From Blasia pusilla (taxonomy: Eukaryota), in NCBI GenBank assembly GCA_050084515.1, contig CM114271.1:7130001-7194000 (forward strand): a stretch of DNA of 64,000 nucleotides, given 5' to 3'. A program made the translations under genes and the position numbers. Under the pieces are notes generated by a model. It saw only the letters and a program-made list of their open reading frames with translations. It was not told the origin of the DNA and did no database searches. Below are positions 13,599 to 24,962 of this stretch, in pieces. Positions within the stretch are counted from its first letter, which is position 1. Each line of letters opens with the position of its first letter.

Positions 13599-14684
13599 AT
13601 GGCAATCCGACAGGTTATAGGAATCCAGCACGTCTTAGAGAAGAAAAGAAGCCTAAGACTGGTTTGACGATACTGGGGGAACAAGCCAAAAGTGAAGAAG
13701 CCCGTCACAATGCCTCAGAATTTGGTCTCCCATGGAAAGAATCCGATCACTCAAGCAGCCAACCTCTCGGAATCCGACAGCTTGCCTGGAAATGGTTGAA
13801 AAGTTGCAGTGGTCAAAAAGTGAAAAGTTGCAACCCGTCGGAATTCGACGGGTTGAAAAATTGTAATTTTGAGTAGCTAGACGAACACAATCCACAAGTC
13901 CAAAAAAATTATTCAGCAAAATTTTACAAACACCATTATCGGCTGAAAAAATCTCGTCCTTTATTACATCCGAAGGAATCTCGGAAATGTACATTTTATC
14001 TAGTCTATGATTTCTTCAGCCTCGTCATCTACAAATTTGCTCCAAACTCTCCTAGGTTCCTACACAAAAGGAATGTCCTGGGATACAAGTGGCTCCTCTG
14101 GCCGATTGTAGACGGGGATCGAAAATGTTGGCAAATTCGAGAGCCTTGGCCCCCCCCTAGGTACACCATAACGGTCCCATGTAACCTGATTTGAGTCCCA
14201 TCGCCTTCCTCGGAAGTATATCTTGTACGCTTTGCAATGTGACACCCATCCAATATCAATATGTGCTCCTTCCTTGGAAATACCATGATGGAAATCCCAC
14301 AGGTAATAGGAATCCAACATGTCTTAGAGAAGAGAAGAAGCCTACGCCTTGTTTGAAGATACTAGGGGAAGGTGCCAAAGTGAAGAAGCCCGCCAGAATG
14401 CCTCTAAAGAGTCCAAAAGAGTCCGATCACTCACGCAGCCAACTTATCCGAATCCGACACGTTTCCTGGAAGTGGTTAAAAAGGTGCAGTGGTCAAAAAG
14501 TGAAAAGTTGCAAGCCGTGGAAATCTAGCGGGTTGCAAAATAGAAGTCCTCGGAGTACATAAACGATCACATTCGACAAGACCAAAAAAGATATTCAGCA
14601 AAATTTTACAAACACCATCATCGTTCGGAAAAAATCTTGTCCTTTATTACATCTGAAAGAAGCTCGGAACTGTACATTTTATCT
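13599..14684 (+). repeat. Two diverged ~400-bp direct repeats (13599-14001 and 14288-14684)
   Basis: Both begin atgg(c/a)aatcc..caggt..taggaatcca and end gtacattttatcta; each contains copies of the palindrome. Confidence 0.85.
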
Positions 14685-17600
14685 ATTCTATGAAATCTTT
14701 TGCCTCATCATCAAATAAATCCCTACTCCAAACGTTGTAGTCAAGCTGGGTCCTTGAGTTCTTTGAACTCACTAGCTCGTCATCATCCGAGAGCTCTTCC
14801 AAGATTATTGTCGGCCTTGCCCTCTCGACTTTCGGAATCGTGGGAAGTGACGATGGTGTCACTATCAATGGTGGGTCTGGAACCGGAGCTCTCGGCTTCG
14901 GAGGAGAGTTGTACGCCCCAACTAGCCTGTCGTTATCTGCCTTTGCCTCCTTGCAAAGGTCAAATAGTTGCTGCCTTCCCTCAAGGCAGAGAATGTTCCT
15001 ACCACTCTTCTAGGCACTTCTCATACTCGCCCCTGAAAGGCCCACTAAGTCGAACACCAAGTCACCCGGCCTTGAGCAGAGCTCGATGAGCGTTTGCATC
15101 AAGGCTGGCGACTTTTCCCTTCCTCCAAGTAAGGGGGTACCATCTTGAATGTAATGTAAATCCCCGGGGGGGGGGAATTGTATAAACTATCTAAGTTGTA
15201 CCCATCGGAGCATAGATCCACAGGATCTTAAACACCTGGAATTTGTGCTCGGGCCGAACAAAGCAATAAACATAGGATTGGTCCATTTGTAAAGAAACAC
15301 GTTGGAAACAATGTCAGCAACAAGAAAGAGATACTTGACCACTCGTCTACTCTCAGTATGGTGACATAATGTGCAACACGTCCCCAAAGAACTTCGCATC
15401 ATAATCCTAACATTGGAGCAACCTGTCGGAGTCCGACCCGGTTTTTTTACAAGTGTTAGTGATTTTTTGTTTCCATGAGCAACCCGTCGAAAGGCGACAT
15501 GTTGCTGGCTTAGAGCAGCCCATGGTTGGCTAAGAGCCACCCGTCGCTTTCAGACAGGTTGCATCATTCCAGAAACACAAGGGAAAAGCATGAGCACTTG
15601 CAACCCGTCATGTTCCGACGAGTTGCATTCACCCAATGGAGACTTGCGGTAAATTTGCAACCCGTCTCTTGGATTGCACCACCGAAGTCTCTAGCTCAAA
15701 CAATCCGACAGGTTGCATGCAGAGATGCAACCTGTCGGAGAAAGAAAATTTGGATACAAATTTATAGCCCTTACCCAAATTTGACTCGTGGCGGATCGGA
15801 GTGGGTACTCGTTCTTGATGATCCACGACTGCGTAGTCCTCCACTTCAGGGACCTCTTGACGCACTGGAGGTTGAAGAGCCAGTCAAAACTAAGAAAAAG
15901 TCCTTGTCACTGAGATAAGCGTCTGCAAAGGAAAATAGGAGCGTGATCTGGTCATAAGAAAGAGGGACATTCCAGTCTGGGACCCCGTCGGACGGATTCT
16001 CGTCCCACAAGCGCAACCCTGAGGGCAAATCAGCGACGAGGAGATCCACCGCCACCTCTCCGACCTCCCCATGGACCGTCCAGGGAGCGTGCCCATTTCA
16101 TTGAAGCTTTCGTCCCAGTGTTGTCAATTTCTCGATGGCGAGTGTCGACGCTTGGGAACTGAAAATTTTCAGCTCATCCAGAAGATTCGTGCAGTGAATG
16201 ATGACGCTTGTCCGGGTCGTTGTTTCTCTATGTCTTCCCAAGGATGATGGAGTGTATTCCACATCTTGTTCTGCTCTCTGGGACAACCCTGGTGCCTCTC
16301 GCTTCCGCTTCTCCCGAGTTTGCGGTCGGCTTGTTGGGATCTCTATGACCTCAGACTCTGGTGGAGTTTTTTTTGCGGAGGACCTGGTCCGACCCTCTCT
16401 CCCAGCTCGCCTGGACGATTCCGGCTCTTGCCTTGAATTTTCAGCCTCTCTTTGGGAAGACTCGGCCTCGGAATTCTTCGATCCCCTCGCCTTGGCTTTG
16501 AGACCCACTGTAGATTTGTCCTTGGCGGTGACGACCTTGGACACCAACTCCGCTATCTCGAGGGCTTGCTCCTCCGCATCTCCTTCGAAAAAGTCTTCTT
16601 GCTGCACAAAATTGGGGATGTCATCCCTACCTGCGGCCACTGCATCATAGAGCAGGCGTAGATCTTTCTCGGTTATGTCCTCAGGGTCGTTGAAGTCTAG
16701 CCAAATCGGGCAATTCTCCACCTCCCAATCGGACATGTTTTGAGCCATCTCCATGTCGTACATGGAAAATGTCTCTCCATCAGGCGGAGAAGCCCACAAT
16801 TTGTAGGGTGCCAGTATTTTTTTCCTGTTACCTGCATTCTTACAATGGACGAGGTACCTGAACACCATGCGTTGGGCAGCTCTTAGTTGAGATGCATCGG
16901 CCGCCTGCTCCTAAAGATCTCGCTTCTTCTTTGCGAAATCCCTTTTTTTTGCTTCTATTTCTTCGTCAAGGTCTGCCTGAGGGAGGATGCGATCCTTGAA
17001 CATCGTCATGGAACCTGGGTTTTTTATGGGCTTGTTCCGCATGTCATCCAGTCAAAGTTCAAAATCTTCAGCGCCCTCCAGGTTTGCTTCCTCTGGAACT
17101 GGCTCTATTCTTTTCAGCTCCGCTTGGAGACCCACGAGCATGGACTTCCCGAGAAGCCGCAACGCATCCCAAAATGACCATTCACGGAGCCAGTGGGAGA
17201 TCACTGGATCATAGATTCTCGAAGGATGGTGTGCCGCCCTCTATTGGACCTCTTTGCCCTCGAGACTGATTTTCATCAGTCGGATTCTCCTAAATTCGCT
17301 AATTTCAGACAAGGCAAATCAATGCACGCCATCGAGAGACACTTTCTCCCCAATCCGACCTTGCGGATCTTCATCCCTCTTCTGCTGGCGTTTGATTATC
17401 GCCTTCAGCTCCTTGTAGAAATCACGGCCAAGTTCGGGGTTGAGAATGGCGATGTAGCGCTGCATCTTGCTTGCCGTGTACTTCATAGCTGCAGATATTG
17501 CAGCTTGGATGAACTTTGCACGCTCAGACATAGACACTTTCTCCCTCCGCTCCAGCTCCAATGCAACGCTCTTCTTGGCGGCTTGTATCTTCGACCAGCA

Positions 17601-19900
17601 AAGGATTGTCACGGCTGCATCTTGGGAAATAAATTTATTTGCCCAAGTCTTTTTTTTTATTTGAGCACCCTTTGCCAGCATCTGATTTACAAGGGCGTCG
17701 CCCAAGAACCCCTTGTACTCTGCCGGGTGGGTCGTTAGCACTTTCTTCACTCGATCGCAATCCTGGATCCAGTGGTGGCTCACATTCCCCTCCGATATAA
17801 TCCTGCACATCCAAACTCAATATAAGAAATTTTGCAAGGTACATGGGTTCCTGCAACCCGTCGGAATCCGACCGGTTGTCACAGCTCATGGTCGGAATGG
17901 TAGCTACGAGCTAAATTTTGCAACCCACCAGAGTCAGACGGATTGCATTCAGATTTGTGATTGCCTGGTTTCAACCCATCGGACTCCGATGGGTTGTCAG
18001 ATAATTTGTATTTAGAGAGTGGTTACCGAGAGGAAAGTGAACATATCAACCCGTCGGAGTCCGACAGGTTGCGCAATTTCAATTAAAGCTGCAATTTGAT
18101 GCCAAAAATGTAGCTCCCCTACCTCCAAATGCAACCTGTCGGACTTCGGCGAGTTGCTTTTGGCCAAAAACATCAAAAAAACATCCAAAAACAGTTGTGA
18201 GTCAAGCAACCCGTCAGACTCCGACGAGTTGCTTTCTTCAGAAAACATCGAAAAACATCGGCCAGTCAAGCAACTCGTCGGACTGCGACGAGTTGCTTTC
18301 GGCCAAAAACATCCTAAACCTGTGGTCGGTTGAACAACTCGTCGGACTCCGACGAGTTGCTTTCGGCCAAAAACATCCTAAACCAGTGATCAGTCGAACA
18401 ACTCGTCAGACTCCGATGAGTTGCTTTCGGCCAAAAACATCCCAAAAATAGTGGCGACTCAAACAACTTGTCGGAGTCCGACGGTTTGCAGCAAGAGGAA
18501 ACTTACGTGTTCATGGCATGCTTGGCCATCTCCACCATCGCCATGTGATGAGGGTATGGATTTAGCACGACTTCCTTCACGCAAAAATGTGCCTCCAATG
18601 AGTTTGGGCGCTCCTTTGCAAACTGGGTCCATGCCATAAACCAGTGGTTTCCATCCCAGATGAAGAAATATAGGTTCCGCATCCGGTTGAATTATGTACC
18701 CTCTATCGCCCTTTTGAATTCCTCATCTCTCATCCTCCAGAATGTGTCGAGCGCTTCCAAGTCCTCCTCTGTAACCTGCGCTTGGGTTCCATGCTCATCG
18801 TAAGGCTGAACATAGAACGGAGGGAAGCTGTCGACGTAGGATGCTATCGGTGCCGATTGTTTTTGCTTTGCAATATCCTCGTCAGACTAAATTTCGCGGA
18901 CGTACTCCATTGTTTGCAATCGGCAAAGTGGAATTCTCGGGGCGTTTTTGCCCTCCATCAGTGCCATCTGCTTTACCACCTGTCACAACGAGGACAAGGT
19001 CAATAAGCTACAATGAATTGCCATTGAATTGCAACATGGGCGTTCACATAACTCAAAGAACACAGATCCTCTCTTACCCGCTCGAAGATTGGGTGGGGTG
19101 TCTTCTTGACCAAGCGCTTTGGGACAGCAGCTGGCAAGTCCATTGGAAACTCGTCGATCCGATAGAAGTCAATTTCTTCTGCCGGGCTTAGAGACGAGGA
19201 TGACCGCTCTCTTGCTTCTTCAGCGATGTCCACCATCTCCACGCTGGCGGTCCTCATGACCTCATCGTCCGTCACTTGAACTTTGGCCGTTTTCGCTATA
19301 TTGATTGTGTCCCCGGACTTCATCAGGGATATTTCTTGCATCTCAACACTTTTGGTTGGACGGGCAAGGCTTTCTTCAATGGCAATGGCTTTTTCCCTCC
19401 GAGATTTTTCCAATTCTGCTCTCCTCACCGACGCATCCAGACACTTCTTTTCACGTTTTCGCCGGCGATCCTTTTCTTCAAGGCCTGCGACGCCTCAGCC
19501 TCTGCTTTCTATTTTTCGAGCACCTCATTTACACATTTTGCAAGAAGCTCTTGCATGTGCATCTCTGCTTCCCTTTCCCACTCCTTGATTTCTTGCTACC
19601 TTATCTCATTGGCCGAACGAGGCCTCGGAGATGGTGACGCAAGAGTCCTCATGGACTTAGGAGTGAAGCTCCTAGCCCTGGTTGCTTGAGATTTTTTCCT
19701 CATCATTGTTCCCGAAATTGCCTCTTATGGACAAGGAAATTGCTCTCTATGCATGATGAATCGGCTCGAGGAATCTCCTTGATGAGTTGCCTTACTGATG
19801 TCGCCTTGATGAGTAGCTCAAATAGTCTCGCGATCGTTCGCTCGAATCGTCTTGCGATGAGTCGCTGTGTAAAGCGCCCCTTGGTATCTGGTCAGCTGTT
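14683..19900 (-). pseudogene. Intron-containing gene: ParB/Srx-like domain + helical region + beta-class N4C/N6A DNA-methyltransferase-like domain (in-frame stops)
   Basis: Exon at about 18505-18980 translates IPLCRL..VRE...YFFIWDGNHW (18641-18655). One frame runs from 17810 to about 15850 through stops and contains VDLLVADLPSGL (16020-16031 = DLPS). The last exon reads GGREKSPALMQTLIELCSRPGDLVFDLVGLSGASMRSA*KSGRNILCLE (15126-14980), with the stop at 14683. The 5' boundary is approximate. Confidence 0.72.
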
Positions 19901-21200
19901 GCGCGAAAGAGCAATTGAGATCGCGAAACAAAAAACCGGAAATGAGCGAACCTTCGCCTATTTATACTTTTCGAGCCGTTGGGCTGACCTTTGGGTCGCA
20001 TCGTCCTTCCGATGGCGACGTGCCGGCCGTTATGGAAGTCTGGACGTGAAAAAAACTAGTTCGACGACTTCGACGGGTTGCACGCTTCCCGAGGGTTCAA
20101 GGCATCCGTCCTCGTGGCATCCCGTCGGAGACCAACAGGTTGCACGCCTCCGCCGTCTTTGGACAAGAACATGAGGTACCCGTGCAACCCATCAGAGACC
20201 GACACGTTGCGCGCCTATGCCATCTTCGGACAAGAACGCTAGGTACCCGCACAACCCGTCGGAGACCGGTGGGTTGCACGCTTCCCTCGTCTTGGGATAA
20301 CAAGGCGGGCTTCCCGCGCAACTCGTCGGAGGCCGACAAGTTGCACGCTTCCTTCATGTAAGCATTACAAGGCGAGGCACTTGCGCAACCCGTCTGAGGT
20401 TGAAGGGTTGCGCGCCTCCGCCGTCTTTGGGCAAGAAGGTGCGTCATCCGCGCAACTTGTCGGAAATAGACGGGTTGCTCGCTTCCTTAATGTAAGTGTT
20501 ACAAGGTGAGGCACTTGCGCAACCCGTCTGAGGCCACGGGTTGCGCGCCTCCGCCGTCTTCGGGCAAGAAGGCGCGGCACCCGCGCAACTCGTCGGAAAC
20601 AGACGGGTTGCACGCTTCCTTCATGTTAGCGTTACAATGTGAGGTAGAAGCGCACAACCCGTCCAAAGCCGACGGGTTGCATGCTTTGCTTATCTTGGGT
20701 TAATAGGCGAGTTACTAGGGCAACCCGTCGGTTATCGACAGGTTGCACGCCTTTCTATCCCTCGGGTAACAATGCGACAACGCATAGTTCCGAGGCAAGC
20801 CATTGCAATCCGACGGGTCACAAGATCTACCTTGAGTTGGACAATCCCGCAAAAGTCCCCAATGATTGGTTGCCTTAGCATATGCAAGTGATATCTTGTG
20901 TTTGATGCTATCTTGTGTTTGATCTTTTTTTTGGAACCCGTTCAAAGCCGACGGGTTCCAAAAAAAAGAAGTGCATGCTTTGCAACCAACGTCTCTAATT
21001 CCCAAATTCTGCAACCCACCTAACTCGGACAGGTTGCAACAGAATTGAATCCATTGTGTCTGACATTTTCACCTACCAAACTTCATCTTGACAGTCAAAT
21101 TCTGTCAGGAGAATCTGAGTCCCTATTCACTATAAATTAAACATTATCATTCTCATTCTCATACCAATTCTCTCTCTCCTCCTGGTGGAATCTTCGGGGA

Positions 21201-22516
21201 ATGGATAATTATGTGAAGCTCACTTGTGGCAATCATCTAGCGGCCCTTCCTCAATTAGAAATCGTTCGACCGCAAGCTCGTGAGTCTTTCATAGCAATGG
21301 ATGAAAATTTTCTCTCAGTTCGATTTCTTCTCCAAATTGGAACCATCTTTGTATCCAAGGATGTTAGGGTGGACGGTACGGAGGACATAATTGGTGAGAC
21401 AGTCCAGCCAGTGATTGCAGACCGTAAAGTATGGAATCTCCTATCTCTAGCAAATGGTCAATATAGAGTTTACGGCTTGCCCCTGAATTCCTTTGTTTCC
21501 CAAGTAGACTGTCGAGAATTTCTTAGTGCACCGAGCTCTACCTTTGCAACTCCTAGCTCAGTAGATCCGGCTTCGACTCCAACTTCACACGCTCATAACA
21601 GTGTTGTACTTCCTGAAGACATTCCAGATGTTGTCAACCTCAGTGGATATGTTGGACACCAACCGGGCCCTCTGTCCGCCTACTCGTTCCTCTTGCAAGT
21701 ATCAGGCAATAGTTTGCTATCGTCTTTGGCCTTGAAAATGTTCAAGCACATTCTTGTCGACAAGCTGCCGCCCACGTACGATGGTAATTGCATTTTTGAG
21801 TTGCCTCCACTTGCTGCTCCTGCTCAAAAGAAAGATGGAGGACGCTTGAAGGGTATGGAAAGAAAGTCTGATTGTCATCGATGGTGTAGGCTTCAACGGA
21901 CTAGTGCTTCAATTCCATATGGTCCTTGGATTGTCTCCTGCCGCCAATGCGTTGGAGCCTTGGAGTGTAGAAGTCCAGCATGCCCGTATCTAGAGCGCAA
22001 CGGGCGAGTCAATACCTCGCAATTCCCCCCCAAGAATGCAGAAAATCCATATGAGGTCGGTGCCACCGTACCCCCGGGAGGCCATCGATGTCCTCATTCT
22101 CAAGCATCCCCCTTCTGCGTTGGAGCGTGTCCTGCATACTTATTTTTCATTGTCCACGACTTGGACTCCATGTCAGATTACACAAGGCTGGAAGTTCATG
22201 TTGGCTGCCATACTCATCTTGTGACCGATGCAATTCAGAGACACATCAAGGAGGATGTGGCAAAGAAAGTTGTCGAGGTCTACAGAAACTCTCCGGGTTC
22301 AAATCTTGGAGTGATTAAGCTAACAACAGCAATATAAATTTATGAACAATTGCTTGGAATCCCTAGACAAGGCAAGATCATGGCTGCTGAGGAGAAACAA
22401 CTCTGGGAAAATCTCGCATTTCTCGTTGATCCTAAATACTGCCGGAATTTGCTGCGTAAAAAATGGGTACTGGATGGAAAGACGGCCGAAATGGATGCCA
22501 TTTCCAGAATCAAGGT
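21201..22516 (+). pseudogene. Probable Mutator-like transposase N-terminus with GCM/WRKY-like zinc-binding domain, truncated by the Ty3 insertion
   Basis: 378-aa ORF with DCHRW...TS...CVGALECRSPAC...N.SQF...C...CVGAC.A...R.EVHVGCHTH, continuing by frameshift into ORF 22350 up to the retroelement boundary. No catalytic DDE domain is visible. Confidence 0.5.
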
Positions 22517-23096
22517 TTTGTGCGAATCCACATCGTCATACAATATACATCGCTGACATACCATACTCACATACATACATAACATAGACGAGAGCATCCA
22601 CAAACACAAGTGTACCACAAGTGAAATCCGTGAAAGACCTACTATCATAAAACACGTATAGAATCACATACAATCGAGCCAAACCCACTCCACGATGGGA
22701 GAATCTAGGTCGAAGCTTGCGGGAAACACCATAGCCAAGAGCTCTACTCACTACCAAGGCTAACTCCCAACGCAATAGGCTCAACTCAAAGAACTGACTG
22801 TTCTTTGAGTGCACTCCACCTTATATCCTCCAACCTAAGAGCGGGCCCTACTGGAAAGCTCACCCTCAATTGAGTAACCCCCAACCCTATGTATGAAATC
22901 GCATCTCTACCTAGACAATGCGGCCCTACATAAGGTATGGCCTCTACTAGCACACTATACTCTACGACATAATCCGTATGGTCATGACAGTTGTCGTGCG
23001 AATCCACATCGTTATACAACATACATCGCTAACATACCATACTCACATACATACATAACATAGACGAGAGCATCCACAAACACAAGTGTGCCACAA
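22517..23096 (-). repeat. 3' terminal structure B-ac-A-B of copy 2
   Basis: Direct comparison: 22996-23096 matches 22520-22620, and 22621-22989 matches 31969-32337. The internal junction on the plus strand is CATGACA-gt-TGTCGTG. Confidence 0.9.
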
Positions 23097-23110
23097 CTCG
23101 CCCCCCTAAC
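23097..23110 (-). promoter_or_regulatory. Polypurine tract
   Basis: Minus-strand GTTAGGGGGGCGAG directly abuts the inner B repeat. Confidence 0.7.
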
Positions 23111-23274
23111 TGGCGGTTAGGTCCCTCTAACTCCCAGGTAGCCCTATACATCTACTACATGCTATACACCTTCTTGGTGCACGAATCAGAAGGCCGGATG
23201 CTAGGTTGCCCCATCGTTAGTCTCACATCTGTAATCCATATCATGCAAATATCAAGTCATCTACCCCTCCTAAG

Positions 23275-23410
23275 TACATCAAGGACAAACCCACCTTCCA
23301 GTAGGAACAACATCCATACATGGAGTCAAACACATCATGTGCCAACCCCTAGAACACCGATTATACACCAACATACGTGCTGCGATACCAGCGGACCCAC
23401 ACAACATTCA
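23275..23410 (-). pseudogene. PHD finger at the integrase C-terminus
   Basis: Read-through after ORF 23408-23992: *MLCGSAGIAARMLVYNRCSRGWHMMCLTPCMDVVPTGRWVCP*C, a C4HC3 pattern with two Cys positions mutated. Confidence 0.82.
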
Positions 23411-24560
23411 CCTCAAGCTAGCACTTATCATGGCTAAACTTGGGTCAACAGAACCATCCACATTTGGAAGATGACATGGCGCACAATTACGCACATGGTC
23501 CTTCCAAACAACTCCATCACGACCCTCCAACATGAGAACTCCATAAGCTAACACCTTGCGTACTCGTAAAATAGTGCGGCCTGCCGTCACATCCAACGTT
23601 GTCGGTGCAATCTGCTGCAAATAGACATAGTCCCCCACATGGAACCTACGAATCGGTGGTCGAAAACCTCCACCCGGAATGGTTGCATACCGCAACGTAT
23701 CCCTGTGTTGAGCAATGGCAAGATTCTCAAAGGATGTTGGAAAAACTCTCCGAAAGAGCTCTGCCCGCTGAGAACACACTCTCATCCACATCTCTGGGTC
23801 ATCAAGGTTCACCACCTCACTAGACTCCCGACGAATTGCTGCTGGAAAGTCTGGATCTCGGCCGTATAACAAAAAATAATGTGAGAAGGAAGCCAAGGAT
23901 GCTTGACGACTGAACCTATACCCCATGGCTAACCATGGAAACTGAATATCCCAGTCTCCAAGATGCCCCTTCTGTAGGCTATACTTGCGCAATGCCCTCT
24001 TCAGCGTCTAAACCACACTCTCAGCCAAACCATCCGCCTCTAGATGATCTCGAGACGTGGTCCGATGATCAATCAACGCCTTGTCACACAAGATCTGAAA
24101 CTCACCCTGAAACTCTGTACCCTGGTGGGTCAGCACTTCAGCTGGTGCACCAAAATGACTAAGCACTCTATCAAGAAACGCGTACGCCGTTCCCTCACTT
24201 GCCTTGTCAGGTAATGCCACTAACTCAATCCACTTGGAGAAGTGCTCCACCATCACCAACACATATCGATGATGTCGTACAATCAACGGTAACGGTCCCG
24301 CAAAGTCCACACTCCAACGTTAATCCAACCCCATAATAGGCAAGGGGTGTAACTGTGGTGTAGGGGCATTGAATGATGCCCTCACCCGGTCACAAACCAT
24401 ACAACATGACACCAACTGCTGCACCTGAGTATGCATGCCACGCCACCAATACTGACCAAGGAGTAAGCTATACGTACGCTTTATCCCAAAATGTCCCAAC
24501 TCCTCATGGGCATGTCGCACAATGCGCTCTCTCTGAGCCAAATGCGGCACTACTCGTACT
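23408..24560 (-). pseudogene. Retroviral-type DDE integrase
   Basis: HEELGH...CMVC zinc motif, DFAGPLP, VMVEHFSKW, EVLTHQGTEF, ADGLAE, WDIQFPWLAMGYR. Confidence 0.92.
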
Positions 24561-24962
24561 CTACCATCCTCCCACACACGGAGAATATGTGTTCCCTCCA
24601 ATCGATACCTCTTAGCACGTTGAAGAACACGGTCTCGCTCCTTGGCACTCACTATGCCTGGCATCCTACTGGTCCGTAGGAACTCCAACACCAACGCATC
24701 ATCATGAATATCATGCTGATCCGTACCACCATCTCCAACCTTAGGATCTGAAGGCTGGCCATCTTCCCTCTGACTAGAGTAAGATACCATGTGGTCCTCC
24801 ATACTAGAGTCCACCCCTAACCAACATAAAAAGGCGGATGCATGCCAACCTGGCACCATCTCCTCATCAACCTCGCCATGCCATCTAGCCCCAGTTGTAT
24901 CCTCTTGGCTAGTACATGGGTTCCTACTCAACCCATCAAAGCATCAAGGTTGGCAACCAGGT

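Larger units (their letters stand above)
13438..21040. repeat. Dispersed and tandem copies of a 27-bp palindrome, consensus GCAACCCGTCGGAnTCCGACGGGTTGC
   Basis: Examples at 13830, 15418, 15600, 17852 and 18047. A ~64-bp-period array at 18206/18270/18335/18399/18464 and a ~65-bp-period array at 20060-20750. About 35 copies by eye, restricted to introns and intergenic DNA. Confidence 0.9.

Noticed and set aside
18200-18492. CRISPR-like array (palindromic repeats at regular spacing)
   Set aside because: The linkers are homologous to one another (ctttcggccaaaaacatcc...), the repeats are degenerate, there are no cas genes, and the context is a eukaryotic intron.
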